Shown here one piece after another: positions 1 to 8,836 of a DNA stretch of 24,000 nucleotides (the first letter of the stretch is position 1; every line of letters begins with the position of its first letter). The stretch is taken from the NCBI GenBank assembly GCA_966248995.1, contig CBINBY010000028.1:1-24000 (forward strand), written 5' to 3'. The translations under genes were made by a program, and so were the position numbers. Below the pieces are notes generated by a model. That model saw only the letters and a list, made by a program, of their open reading frames with translations. It did not search any database and was not told the origin of the DNA. Source of the DNA: an uncultured Burkholderiales bacterium (GTDB lineage Bacteria; Pseudomonadota; Gammaproteobacteria; Burkholderiales; Burkholderiaceae_C).

Positions 1-54
1 GATCGTGCCCACGTTCACGTGCGGCTTCGTCCGTTCAAATTTGCCTTTTGCCAT
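1..54 (-). CDS. tuf: Elongation factor Tu, 5' end only (gene runs off the window start)
   Basis: The reverse complement of 1-54 translates to MAKGKFERTKPHVNVGTI, the conserved EF-Tu N-terminus. An AGGAG SD (revcomp of 61-65) lies 6 nt upstream of the ATG. Position downstream of the Tyr-Gly-Thr tRNA cluster matches the classical tufB arrangement. Confidence 0.9.
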   Translation of the reverse strand, partial: MAKGKFERTKPHVNVGTI

Positions 55-92
55 TTCTCGCTCCTAGCAGCCACCCATGCAGGGATGAATCT

Positions 93-167
<75 letters not shown>

Positions 168-221
168 TGTCGACACAGGCCTGAACACCACAGATGCGCA
201 AGCCGGTAGCGACGTCTGAGC

Positions 222-295
222 TGGAGCGGGAGACGGGAATCGAACCCGCGTCATTAGCTTGGAAGGCTAAGGTTCTACCATTGAACTACTCCCGC
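222..295 (-). tRNA. tRNA-Gly (anticodon UCC)
   Basis: The reverse complement is GCGGGAGTAGTTCAATGGTAGAACCTTAGCCTTCCAAGCTAATGACGCGGGTTCGATTCCCGTCTCCCGCTCCA. It has acceptor stem GCGGGAG/CTCCCGC, anticodon loop CTTCCAA, a GGTTCGATTCC T-arm and an encoded CCA. Confidence 0.93.
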
Positions 296-349
296 CCGGG
301 AGTCGCGCCCTTCGCTCTCGCGCCCCACAACAACCGAGCCCGTTCGCCT

Positions 350-435
350 TGGTGGAGGAGGTTGGATTCGAACCAACGTAGGCGTAAGCCAACAGATTTA
401 CAGTCTGCCCCCTTTAACCACTCGGGCACCCCTCC
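350..435 (-). tRNA. tRNA-Tyr (anticodon GUA), class II with long variable arm
   Basis: The reverse complement is GGAGGGGTGCCCGAGTGGTTAAAGGGGGCAGACTGTAAATCTGTTGGCTTACGCCTACGTTGGTTCGAATCCAACCTCCTCCACCA. It has anticodon loop CTGTAAA, a long extra arm, a GGTTCGAATCC T-arm, an acceptor stem with one G.U pair and an encoded CCA. Confidence 0.92.
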
Positions 436-449
436 GCGGCGAATCGCAG

Positions 450-455
450 AGTATA
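450..455 (-). promoter_or_regulatory. Candidate -10 box (TATACT) for the tRNA-Tyr/Gly/Thr-tuf transcription unit
   Basis: The minus strand reads ...GCGAAAAGCACTGC TATACT CTGCGATTCGCCGC followed by the tRNA-Tyr 5' end. The -10-like hexamer lies 14 nt upstream of the mature tRNA. No convincing -35 is present at 16-18 nt spacing. Confidence 0.3.
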
Positions 456-642
456 GCAGTGCTTTTCGCATCACCGTGTAGAGCCGTCTTCAAACAGATT
501 CTTCGACAGGCACAAGGCATGACGCGGGCTGCTGGGGCCCGCACCCGTATTAGGTGAGCGTTACCAGACCAGGTATCGGGGCGAGGACAGGCACGAGCGC
601 CACGGCACCGGGACATCGCTCACTCAATGCCTATGCGGGAGC

Positions 643-1755
643 TTAAATCGCCTCCCCTTCGATTCGCACCTCGGCAATCCGCAGGTCTCGATCGAGCACG
701 ACCACATCGGCCCAGGCACCGAGTGCAAGCCGACCGCGATCGGCCAGGCCGAGGTAGTCTGCGGCGTACATGGAGACCCGCCGCGACGCATCCATCAGGT
801 CCAGGCCAAGCGGGTCGACCAGGTTGCGCAACGCCTGGTCCATGGTGAGCGCGGAGCCCGCAAGCGTGCCGTCGACCAGTCGCACGCCGCCCAGGCACTT
901 GGTGACCACGCGGCGACCAAGCCGGTACTCGCCGTCGGGCATGCCGGCAGCCGCGGTGGAATCGGTCACGCAGTACAGACAGGTGATGCAGCGCAGCGCA
1001 GCGCGGATGGCGCCGGGATGCACGTGGAGCAAGTCGGGGATGATCTCCGCATAGGTTGCATGAGCGAGCGCAGCGCCCACCATGCCAGGGTCACGATGGT
1101 GAAGCGGGGTCATCGCGTTGAAGAGGTGGGTGAAGCTTCCGGCGCCGCGCGCGAGGGCTTGCACACCGCTCTCGTAACTGCCGCACGTGTGACCGATCTG
1201 TACCCTGAAGCCGGCCGCGACTAATCCTTCGATGGCTTCCATGTGACCAGGCACTTCCGGTGCCAAGGTAACCAGCCGGATGGGTGCCAGGGCGTTCAGT
1301 CTGCGCAGTTCCTTAAGGTCGAACGGACGCGCGCATTCGGGCTGCGCGCCGAGCTTGTCCGGATGAATGTAGGGCCCCTCGAGGTGCACACCCAGGATGC
1401 GCGCGCCGCGCGGAACATGTTGAGTGCAGCTATCGCGCAGCCCGCGGAACGCCGCTTCAAGCTCTTCCGCTGTGGCAGTCATCGTGGTGGCAAGCAGCGA
1501 AGTGGTGCCGTGGCGAGCATGCATGGCTGCCACCCGGATGGCGGCGTCGCCTCCCTCCATGATGTCGTGACCACCTCCGCCATGGACGTGCAGGTCAACG
1601 AAGCCCGGCAGGATCTTGGGCAGCACGGCGTCGCGGACGGCATCCGCCGCGATGGGCTCGCCGGCGATACGCGCGACGCGGCCGGAATCAAACTCGATCA
1701 CACCCGCCACGAATCCATGCGGGGTGAGGATGTGGCCGCGCAGCATGTCGTCCAT
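643..1755 (-). CDS. nagA: N-acetylglucosamine-6-phosphate deacetylase
   Basis: 370-aa ORF with the amidohydrolase metal-binding motif VDLHVHGGGGHD plus GVHLEGPYI and THLFNAM, all characteristic of NagA. Start codon choice (ATG 1755 versus the ATG 3 codons downstream) is unresolved. Confidence 0.85.
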   Translation of the reverse strand: MDDMLRGHILTPHGFVAGVIEFDSGRVARIAGEPIAADAVRDAVLPKILPGFVDLHVHGGGGHDIMEGGDAAIRVAAMHARHGTTSLLATTMTATAEELEAAFRGLRDSCTQHVPRGARILGVHLEGPYIHPDKLGAQPECARPFDLKELRRLNALAPIRLVTLAPEVPGHMEAIEGLVAAGFRVQIGHTCGSYESGVQALARGAGSFTHLFNAMTPLHHRDPGMVGAALAHATYAEIIPDLLHVHPGAIRAALRCITCLYCVTDSTAAAGMPDGEYRLGRRVVTKCLGGVRLVDGTLAGSALTMDQALRNLVDPLGLDLMDASRRVSMYAADYLGLADRGRLALGAWADVVVLDRDLRIAEVRIEGEAI

Positions 1756-1801
1756 GTCACACGGTCAGCGTCACGCAGCCACTGCCCTGCACTTGCACCC
1801 C

Positions 1802-2581
1802 CTACCAGCGTATGGGCGGTGTGCCCGGCCGCAGCTGCGCCAGCAAAGCATTGGTCTGGCTGAAGTGGCGGCAGCCGATGAAAGGCTCCGGCAGCCGGCG
1901 CGCCGATAGCGGGGAAGGATGGTTGGCGGTCAGCACTCGATGCGGGGCGCGCTCGACCAGCAGACGCTTGCGCTGCGCCGCTGCACCCCATAGCAGGAAG
2001 ATCACAGACTGGCTCTGCGCCGCCACACGGGCCAGCAGCGCATCGACGAGCGCCTCCCAGCCGCGGCCGGCATGGCTTTGCGGATGGCCGTCCTCAACCG
2101 TGAGCGAGGTGTTCAAAAGCAGCACCCCCTGATGCGCCCAGGCAGTGAGATCGCCGAGGCATTGCGAAGGGTGCCCCGTATCCGATTCCACTTCATGAAG
2201 CATGTTGCGCAGGCTGGGCGGCAACTTGGTGCCTGCCCGCACCGAAAACGCAAGGCCCTGTGCCTGGCCGGGTCCGTGGTACGGATCCTGGCCGAGGATC
2301 ACGACGCGTACCGCCTCGGGCGGCGTCAGTTCGAGCGCTCGAAACACCGTGGCGGGGTACACCCGGGCGCCCTCCCGCACGCGCCGGTCGACGTAGCACA
2401 CCAGCTCGCAGCCGGCAGGAGAGGCGCGGAACGCGTCCGTCACCGGACGCCAGCCCGCCGGAACGCGGGCGAACAAGGCCGGGAGGGACTCGCCCAGACA
2501 GTTGTCAGGCAGGGACGACGTGGGCGGGAGTTCCAGCGCGGCGTGCGACGCGCTTGCTGCGACATCCCGGCGCACGTTCAC
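1802..2581 (-). CDS. ung: Uracil-DNA glycosylase (family 1)
   Basis: Contains the water-activating loop [18 protein letters not shown] and the HPSPLSA leucine-loop motif. The only upstream in-frame start is GTG at 2581, which overlaps the trpC stop (GTGA). The N-terminus is about 30 aa longer than E. coli Ung, so the start is uncertain. Confidence 0.88.
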   Translation of the reverse strand: MNVRRDVAASASHAALELPPTSSLPDNCLGESLPALFARVPAGWRPVTDAFRASPAGCELVCYVDRRVREGARVYPATVFRALELTPPEAVRVVILGQDPYHGPGQAQGLAFSVRAGTKLPPSLRNMLHEVESDTGHPSQCLGDLTAWAHQGVLLLNTSLTVEDGHPQSHAGRGWEALVDALLARVAAQSQSVIFLLWGAAAQRKRLLVERAPHRVLTANHPSPLSARRLPEPFIGCRHFSQTNALLAQLRPGTPPIRW

Positions 2582-3366
2582 TGGACGAGGCTGGACAACG
2601 CCGCGCCAGGATCGGCTGCGCGCATGAAGGCCTCGCCCACCAGGAAGGCGTGCACATCGGCATCGCGCATGCGCTGCACGTCGGCACGGGTAAGGATGCC
2701 GCTTTCGGTCACGAGCAGGCGATCGGGGGGCAGGTGTCGGCGTAGCGCAAGCGTGGTCTCCAAGGAGACCTCGAAGGTGCGCAGGTTGCGGTTGTTGATG
2801 CCCACGAGCGGAGTCTTCAAGCGCAGGGCGCGATCCAGCTCGGTGCCATCGTGCACTTCGACCAGCACAGTCATCCCGAGCCCGAAGGCCTGTGCCTCCA
2901 GGTCGGCCATCTGCGCGTCATCCAGGCAGGCGGCAATGAGCAGGATGCAATCGGCTCCCACGGCCCTGGCCTCGAAGACCTGGTAAGCATCGATGATGAA
3001 ATCTTTGCGCAACACAGGCAGCTCGCAGGCCGCGCGGGCCTGCTGGAGGTAGGTCGGCGCCCCCTGGAAGAAGCGCACGTCGGTGAGCACGCTGAGACAT
3101 GCGGCGCCATGGCGGGCGTAGCTGGCCGCGATCTCCGCCGGCATAAAGTGCTCGCGCAGCACGCCTTTGCTGGGGCTGGCCTTCTTGATCTCGGCAATCA
3201 CGGCGGCGTGACCGGCAGCCACCCTGGCGCGCAGGCTGCCGAGGAAGTCGCGGAGGCCACCTAGCGACTCGGCATCGCGGCGCAGCGCCGCCAAATCGCG
3301 CTGCACCCGGGCAGCAGCGACCTCCTCTCGCTTGACAGAGATGATCTTCTGCAGGATATCGCTCAT
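2578..3366 (-). CDS. trpC: Indole-3-glycerol phosphate synthase
   Basis: 262-aa ORF beginning [16 protein letters not shown], with [12 protein letters not shown] and the INNRNL motif. Its ATG overlaps the trpD stop (ATGA). Confidence 0.95.
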   Translation of the reverse strand: MSDILQKIISVKREEVAAARVQRDLAALRRDAESLGGLRDFLGSLRARVAAGHAAVIAEIKKASPSKGVLREHFMPAEIAASYARHGAACLSVLTDVRFFQGAPTYLQQARAACELPVLRKDFIIDAYQVFEARAVGADCILLIAACLDDAQMADLEAQAFGLGMTVLVEVHDGTELDRALRLKTPLVGINNRNLRTFEVSLETTLALRRHLPPDRLLVTESGILTRADVQRMRDADVHAFLVGEAFMRAADPGAALSSLVQ

Positions 3367-4409
3367 GCTGCACTCACGCCCGCCCCCAATGTCTTGGTGC
3401 GGTCGATGAACTGGTGCATCTTCACCCTCGCCTTGCCGGAGGCGAGCACGTCGCGCGCGAGGGCGACACCCTCGGCAATGGTAGGCACGACATTGGCAGC
3501 GTAAAGCGCAACGCCAGCGTTGAGCATGACGATATCGCGCGCGGGGCCGGGCTCGTTATCGAGCACCGAACGCAGCAGGGCGCGCGACTGCTCGGGCGAC
3601 TCGACCTTGAGCGCGCGGTTGCTGGCCATGGTGAGGCCGAAGTCCTCGGGATGGATCTCGTACTCGTGGATGCCGCCGTCCTTGTACTCGCCCACCATCG
3701 TGGCCGCCCCGAGCGAGACCTCGTCCATGCCATCGCGCCCATACACAACCACCGCGTGCTCGGCACCCAGGCGCTGCAAGGCCCGGACCTGGATCCCGAC
3801 CAGGTCGGGATGGAACACGCCCATCAGGATATTGGGTGCGTCGGCCGGGTTGGTGAGCGGACCCAGGATGTTGAAGATGGTGCGCACACCCAGTTCCTTG
3901 CGCACCGGGGCGACGTTCTTCATCGCGGGGTGATGGTGCGGCGCGAACATGAAGCCGATGCCGGTATCTGCAATGCACTGGGCGATTTGCGCCGGCGAGA
4001 GGCCAATGTTTACGCCCAGGGCCTCGAGCACGTCGGCGCTGCCCGACTTGCTGGACACACCTCGATTGCCGTGCTTGCTCACACGTGCACCGGCAGCGGC
4101 GGCCACGAACATGCTGCAGGTCGAGATGTTGAAGGTATGCGAGCTGTCGCCGCCCGTGCCGACGATGTCGACCAGGTTCGTACGGTCGGCCACCTCGACC
4201 TTGGTGGAGAACTCGCGCATCACCTGCGCAGCGGCGGTGATCTCGCCAATGGTTTCCTTCTTCACGCGCAGACCCATGAGCAGCGCGGCCATCATGACGG
4301 GCGACATCTCGCCGCTCATGATGCGACGCATCAGCGCCAGCATCTCGTCGTGGAAGATCTCGCGATGCTCGATGGCGCGGGTGAGCGCCTCGGTGTTCGA
4401 AATCGGCAT
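3363..4409 (-). CDS. trpD: Anthranilate phosphoribosyltransferase
   Basis: Contains the [14 protein letters not shown] motif with full-length TrpD similarity. I chose the ATG at 4409 (MPISNTEAL...) because GAGGAGG (revcomp of 4415-4421) sits 5 nt upstream. The ORF-track start at 4451 adds 14 aa with no SD. Confidence 0.93.
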   Translation of the reverse strand: MPISNTEALTRAIEHREIFHDEMLALMRRIMSGEMSPVMMAALLMGLRVKKETIGEITAAAQVMREFSTKVEVADRTNLVDIVGTGGDSSHTFNISTCSMFVAAAAGARVSKHGNRGVSSKSGSADVLEALGVNIGLSPAQIAQCIADTGIGFMFAPHHHPAMKNVAPVRKELGVRTIFNILGPLTNPADAPNILMGVFHPDLVGIQVRALQRLGAEHAVVVYGRDGMDEVSLGAATMVGEYKDGGIHEYEIHPEDFGLTMASNRALKVESPEQSRALLRSVLDNEPGPARDIVMLNAGVALYAANVVPTIAEGVALARDVLASGKARVKMHQFIDRTKTLGAGVSAA

Positions 4410-4451
4410 GTCGTCCTCCTCAGGACAGGAAGTATTCGCGGCGCCAGACAC

Positions 4452-5042
4452 TCAACGCGGCACGCCCATCGTCAGGAAGTTCTTCAGCATCGCATGCCCG
4501 TGCTCGCTGAGGATGGACTCCGGGTGGAACTGCACACCCTCCAGCGGCGCATGGGTGCCCGCCAGCTCGCGATGGCGCACGCCCATGATCTCGCCGTCTT
4601 CAGATGTCGATGTGATTTCCAGTTCGGGCGGCAGCGTATCGCGCTCGATGGCCAGCGAGTGGTAGCGGATGACACTGAACTTTCCGGGCAGGCCTGCATA
4701 GACGCCGCGCTGGTCGGTGGTGATGACGCTCGCTTTGCCGTGCATCTGTCGCTGGGCGCGGACCACGCGTCCACCCAAGGCCGCGCCGATCGCCTGGTGA
4801 CCCAGGCAAACGCCAAGGATGGGCAGCTTGCCCGTGAAATACCGAATCGCATCGACGCAGATGCCCGCTTCCGCAGGCGAGCACGGGCCCGGGGACAGCA
4901 CGAGCCTTTCGGGTCGCAGGCCCTCGATGCCCTCCAGCGCGATCTCGTCGTTTCGCACCACGCGCACCTCCTCGCCCAATTCACCGAAGTACTGAACCAG
5001 ATTGAAGGTGAAGCTGTCGTAGTTGTCGATCATGAGCAGCAT
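4452..5042 (-). CDS. trpG: Anthranilate synthase component II (glutamine amidotransferase, TrpG/PabA type)
   Basis: [19 protein letters not shown] is the typical N-terminus. GVCLGHQ carries the catalytic Cys and HPES the His/Glu. The ATG at 5042 lies 2 nt after the trpE stop. The 67-aa Arg/His-rich extension in the ORF track overlaps trpE and is not credible. Confidence 0.9.
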   Translation of the reverse strand: MLLMIDNYDSFTFNLVQYFGELGEEVRVVRNDEIALEGIEGLRPERLVLSPGPCSPAEAGICVDAIRYFTGKLPILGVCLGHQAIGAALGGRVVRAQRQMHGKASVITTDQRGVYAGLPGKFSVIRYHSLAIERDTLPPELEITSTSEDGEIMGVRHRELAGTHAPLEGVQFHPESILSEHGHAMLKNFLTMGVPR

Positions 5043-5044
5043 GG

Positions 5045-6529
5045 TCAGAACCCCTCTTCCACGAGTTCGGCGGCGCGCAGCAGGGCGCGGGCCTTGGCTT
5101 CGGTTTCCTTCCATTCGAGCTCGGGGACCGAGTCGGCCACGATGCCGGCCGCGGCCTGCACGTAGAGCGTCTGGTTCTGCACGATGCCGGTGCGGATGGC
5201 GATGGCCACATCCATGTCGCCGGCGAAGCTCATGTAGCCGCACGCCCCGCCGTAGATTCCGCGCTTGACGGGCTCCAGCTCGTCGATGATCTCCATCGCG
5301 CGGATCTTGGGCGCGCCGGTGAGCGTGCCGGCGGGGAACGTGGCCTTGAGCACGTCGAGGTTGGTCATGCCGGGTTTGAGCAGGCCCTCGACGTTGCTCA
5401 CGATGTGCATGACGTGCGAGTAGCGCTCGACCACGAAGGCCTCGGTCACCTTGACACTGCCGGTTTGCGCAATGCGGCCGATGTCGTTGCGCGCCAGGTC
5501 GATGAGCATGAGGTGCTCGGCGCGCTCCTTCGGGTCATTCGCCAGTTCGACCTCGAGCGCCTTGTCCTGCTCGGGCGTGGCGCCACGCGGGCGGGTGCCG
5601 GCCAGCGGGCGGATCGTGACCTTCTCGCCCTCTGGCGTGCGCTCCTGGCGCACCAGAATCTCGGGCGAGGCGCCCACGATCTGGAAATCGCCCATGTCAT
5701 AGAAGTACATGTAGGGCGACGGGTTGAGAGAGCGCAGCGCGCGGTACAGCGACAGCGGAGACTCGGTGTAGCGCTTGTGGAGCCGCTGGCCGATCTGCAC
5801 CTGCATCATGTCCCCGGCAGCGATGTATTCCTTGCTCTTTTGCACCGCAGCCAGGTAGTCGGCCTTGGCAAACTCGCGCTCTACGCCGTGCGAAGTGCCA
5901 CGCTTCACCGCCGGCGCGGTGACGCTGTAGCGCAGCTTGTCGGTGAGTTCGGCCAGCCGGCGCTTGCCGCGGTGGAAGGCTTCGGGCTCCGCGGGATTGG
6001 CGTAAACGATGAGGTACAGCCGCCCGGACAGGTTGTCGATGACCGCAATCTCCTCGCACTGCAACAACAGGATGTCCGGCGTGTCGAGGCCACCCGCCTT
6101 CTCGGTCTTCGCGAGCTTGTGCTCGATGTAGCGGACTGCGTCGTAGCCGAAGTAACCGGCCAGCCCGCCGCAAAAGCGCGGCAATCCCGGCCGCAGCGCC
6201 ACTTTGAAGCGCCGCTGGTACTGGGCGATGAAGTCCAGCGGGTTGCCTTCGTGCGTCTCGACCACGGCGCCATCGGTGACCACTTCGGTCTTGAAGCCTG
6301 CGGCACGCAGCAGCGTACGGGCGGGCAGGCCGATGAAGGAATAGCGGCCGAAGCGCTCGCCACCGACGACGGATTCGAGCAGGAAGGAATACTTTCCGCC
6401 ACCGGCCGCATAGGCCAGCTTGAGGTACAGCGACAGCGGGGTTTCGAGGTCGGCAAAGGCTTCCGCGATGAGCGGAATGCGGTTGTAGCCTTCCGCCGCG
6501 AGGCTCTTGAACTCAAGTTCGGTGATCAC
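5045..6529 (-). CDS. trpE: Anthranilate synthase component I
   Basis: 494-aa ORF with [13 protein letters not shown] and the C-terminal chorismate-binding domain (AAAGIVADS). It uses a GTG start with a GGAGG SD (revcomp of 6539-6543) 9 nt upstream. Confidence 0.95.
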   Translation of the reverse strand: MITELEFKSLAAEGYNRIPLIAEAFADLETPLSLYLKLAYAAGGGKYSFLLESVVGGERFGRYSFIGLPARTLLRAAGFKTEVVTDGAVVETHEGNPLDFIAQYQRRFKVALRPGLPRFCGGLAGYFGYDAVRYIEHKLAKTEKAGGLDTPDILLLQCEEIAVIDNLSGRLYLIVYANPAEPEAFHRGKRRLAELTDKLRYSVTAPAVKRGTSHGVEREFAKADYLAAVQKSKEYIAAGDMMQVQIGQRLHKRYTESPLSLYRALRSLNPSPYMYFYDMGDFQIVGASPEILVRQERTPEGEKVTIRPLAGTRPRGATPEQDKALEVELANDPKERAEHLMLIDLARNDIGRIAQTGSVKVTEAFVVERYSHVMHIVSNVEGLLKPGMTNLDVLKATFPAGTLTGAPKIRAMEIIDELEPVKRGIYGGACGYMSFAGDMDVAIAIRTGIVQNQTLYVQAAAGIVADSVPELEWKETEAKARALLRAAELVEEGF

Positions 6530-6870
6530 GTTCGGTGGCCTCCACAGCCCCGGCTATGGCGACAAGGCACCAGCCGGGTAAGCGATTTGGATGCGATGGG
6601 CGGCCGAGAGGCCGCCGGTGGAGCCGTGGAGCCTTGCCTGAGCAGGCGCTGAAACCACGGCCAAGCCTGGAGGCGCTCAGGCGGGGAAGAAGCTTCCCGG
6701 CCGCCGCGCCGGAGCGATCAGGCCCGCCAGGGCCATGCTCCCCGGTCGTGCGACCCTCTGGTTGGCTTGCGCGCCGTGAACATCGCAAAAGTGTAGCAGG
6801 GGCCTCCCGCCCCCAAGGGAAGGTACGTCGATTGCACCTGAGCAGGTATGCATGACGAAAGGAGCACGGC

Positions 6871-7374
6871 ATGACGCAGGTTTCGCAAGTCATGACCCGG
6901 GGCGTGCGCAGCATGTCTCCGAGCGACACGATGATCAAGGCCGCGCAGGCCATGGAGGAGCTCGACGTGGGCGCGATCCCCGTGTGCGACGGCGACCGGC
7001 TGGTGGGCATGGTGACCGACCGAGACCTCGTGATTCGGGGCCTCGCGCAGGGTCGGGCGGCCGACAACACGCGCCTCAACGAGGTGATGAGCCCGGAGGT
7101 GCGCTGGTGCTACGACGACCAGTCGGTCGAAGAGGTGGCGGAGCAGATGCGCGACGCACAGATCCGCCGCGTGCCGGTGGTGGACCACGAGAAACACCTG
7201 GTGGGCATGCTGTCCCTGGGAGACTTGGCGGTGAAGGCCGACGAAGGCGAGGCCGGCGAGGCGCTGCAGAGCATTTCGGAGCCGGCCCAGCCCGATCGCT
7301 CCGGGCAGTCGCAAGCCAGCGGCGCGGCGGGCGGCGGCTCGTCCACGGGGCAGACGCGCAGCAGCCAGGGTTGA
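6871..7374 (+). CDS. CBS-pair domain protein with a disordered Gly/Ser/Gln-rich C-terminal tail
   Basis: Two CBS repeats are present (VMTRGVRSMSP...IPVCDGDRLVGMVTDRDL and VMSPEVRWCYDD...RRVPVVDHEKHLVGMLSLGDL). AAAGGAG SD at 6858-6864 lies 6 nt before the ATG. Confidence 0.85.
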   Translation: MTQVSQVMTRGVRSMSPSDTMIKAAQAMEELDVGAIPVCDGDRLVGMVTDRDLVIRGLAQGRAADNTRLNEVMSPEVRWCYDDQSVEEVAEQMRDAQIRRVPVVDHEKHLVGMLSLGDLAVKADEGEAGEALQSISEPAQPDRSGQSQASGAAGGGSSTGQTRSSQG

Positions 7375-7562
7375 GCGGAACGGCACACCTTGCGTCGATT
7401 GATGCCTGCCACTGCGATCCCCGGTGGCAAGCATGGTGCTCAGCGCGTCCGTACGGAAAAAGCTGCAGGTCTCGGTGCGAAAACTGCCCGCCGTCCCGGC
7501 AAGCCCAGGCGCACCGGCATCCCGAAGCAAGCCCTTGCCGCCAGATGCGCCGGATGCAAACC

Positions 7563-8246
7563 TCAGCCGGCCAGGCTGGCGCGCATATCGGCGATCACGC
7601 GCCGGTAGTCCGGCTGCCCGAAGATCGCGCTACCAGCCACGAAAGTGTCCGCGCCTGCATCGGCCACTTGCCGGATGTTTTCAACCTTGATGCCGCCATC
7701 GACCTCGAGCCGGATGTCCCGGCCGCTGGCATCGATGAGACGGCGGGCCCGCTCGATCTTCCGCAGCGCCGACGGAATGAAGCTCTGCCCGCCGAAGCCA
7801 GGGTTGACGCTCATGATGAGCACGAGGTCGACCTTGTCGATCACCCATTCCAGCACGTCCAGCGGGGTGGCCGGATTGAACACCAGGCCAGTGTGGCGAC
7901 CTTCAGCGCGAATGAGCTGCAGCGTCCGGTCGACGTGCGTGGAGGCATCCGGATGAAAGCTCACCATGTCCGCGCCCGCCTTGCAGAAGGCCTGCGCGAG
8001 CGCATCGACCGGCTGAACCATGAGATGCACGTCGATGGGCACCGGGCTGCCATCCGGGCTCACTGCGTGCTTACGGATCGCCTCGCACACCATCGGACCC
8101 ACGGTGAGGTTGGGCACGTAGTGGTTGTCCATCACGTCAAAGTGGATCCAGTCGGCCCCGGCGGCGATGACGTTCTTCACCTCTTCGCCCAAACGGGCGA
8201 AATCCGCCGAGAGGATGCTGGGTGCAATGCGATAGACGGTACTCAT
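7563..8246 (-). CDS. rpe: Ribulose-phosphate 3-epimerase
   Basis: 227-aa ORF with [29 protein letters not shown] and [12 protein letters not shown]. No SD precedes the ATG; TAGAAT lies 8 nt upstream. Confidence 0.95.
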   Translation of the reverse strand: MSTVYRIAPSILSADFARLGEEVKNVIAAGADWIHFDVMDNHYVPNLTVGPMVCEAIRKHAVSPDGSPVPIDVHLMVQPVDALAQAFCKAGADMVSFHPDASTHVDRTLQLIRAEGRHTGLVFNPATPLDVLEWVIDKVDLVLIMSVNPGFGGQSFIPSALRKIERARRLIDASGRDIRLEVDGGIKVENIRQVADAGADTFVAGSAIFGQPDYRRVIADMRASLAG

Positions 8247-8254
8247 GGGCGCGG

Positions 8255-8260
8255 ATTCTA
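8255..8260 (-). promoter_or_regulatory. Putative -10 element TAGAAT of rpe (probable leaderless or near-leaderless transcript)
   Basis: The minus strand reads CC TAGAAT CCGCGCCC ATG. The hexamer matches TATAAT at 5 of 6 positions and ends 8 nt before the ATG. There is no SD. It forms part of a 12-bp perfect inverted repeat with the apaG copy. Confidence 0.5.
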
Positions 8261-8325
8261 GGTACCACGCCAGGAGGAGCCACCCAGAGGGCAGGCGCGG
8301 TCGGCGTGCCTCGAAGGTGGCCGCC

Positions 8326-8331
8326 TAGAAT
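8326..8331 (+). promoter_or_regulatory. Putative -10 element TAGAAT of apaG (probable leaderless transcript)
   Basis: The plus strand reads CC TAGAAT CCGCTG ATG. The hexamer ends 6 nt before the ATG and there is no SD. Confidence 0.5.
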
Positions 8332-8337
8332 CCGCTG

Positions 8338-8712
8338 ATGGCCCAACCCCAGTTCACTGTCAGCGTCGTAGCACGGCCACTGCCCGAGCAAAGTCAGCCG
8401 GAAGCCGGGCAATACGCCTTTGCGTACACGGTCACCATCGCAAACACGGGCGACGTGACGGCTCAACTGATCGCCAGACACTGGGTCATCACCGATGCGA
8501 GCGGGCACACGGAGGAAGTGCGTGGCCTGGCGGTGGTGGGCCACCAGCCGCTGCTCAAACCCGGCGAACAGTTCGAGTACACCAGCTGGACGCGAATCGC
8601 CACCGCCAACGGCACGATGCGCGGCACCTTCTACTGCATCACCGAGGACGCGCGGCCCTTCGACACGCCCATCGCGGAGTTTGGGCTGACGCTGCCATCG
8701 GCACTGCACTGA
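8338..8712 (+). CDS. apaG: ApaG (DUF525) protein
   Basis: 124-aa ORF with the ApaG hallmarks YAFAYTVTIANTG, LIARHWVITDASG and VVGHQPLLKPGEQFEYTS. Confidence 0.9.
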   Translation: MAQPQFTVSVVARPLPEQSQPEAGQYAFAYTVTIANTGDVTAQLIARHWVITDASGHTEEVRGLAVVGHQPLLKPGEQFEYTSWTRIATANGTMRGTFYCITEDARPFDTPIAEFGLTLPSALH

Positions 8713-8836
8713 GCACGGTCAGGACTCATCGTCAGGCCGCCGGCGCTCGCCGCCCCGGCGTCCGGCGAACATGGTCCACCATACGATCAGCACGAGGATC
8801 GCGAGTGCGGCCAGGGCTTCCAGCAAAATCACCCAC

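Noticed and set aside
4452-5243. N-terminal extensions in the ORF track: trpG from 5243, trpD from 4451, galT from 18416, MPE from 10870, the UPF0149 paralog from 13352 and glf from 22113.
   Set aside because: The extensions overlap the preceding genes or are Arg/Pro-rich junk. Internal starts give canonical family N-termini, and most have a proper SD or stop/start coupling.
6677-6736. A 19-codon mini-ORF (MALAGLIAPARRPGSFFPA) upstream of trpE, considered as a possible trp attenuator leader peptide.
   Set aside because: It has no Trp codons, no downstream terminator or antiterminator pair with a U-tract, and no SD.
7375-7562. Hairpins in the convergent CBS/rpe spacer, for example ATGCCTGCCAC...GTGGCAAGCAT at about 7402-7434, considered as bidirectional terminators.
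   Set aside because: The stem has a mismatch and an 11-nt loop. There is no U-tract on either side, and the nearby T4/T5 runs do not follow stable stems.
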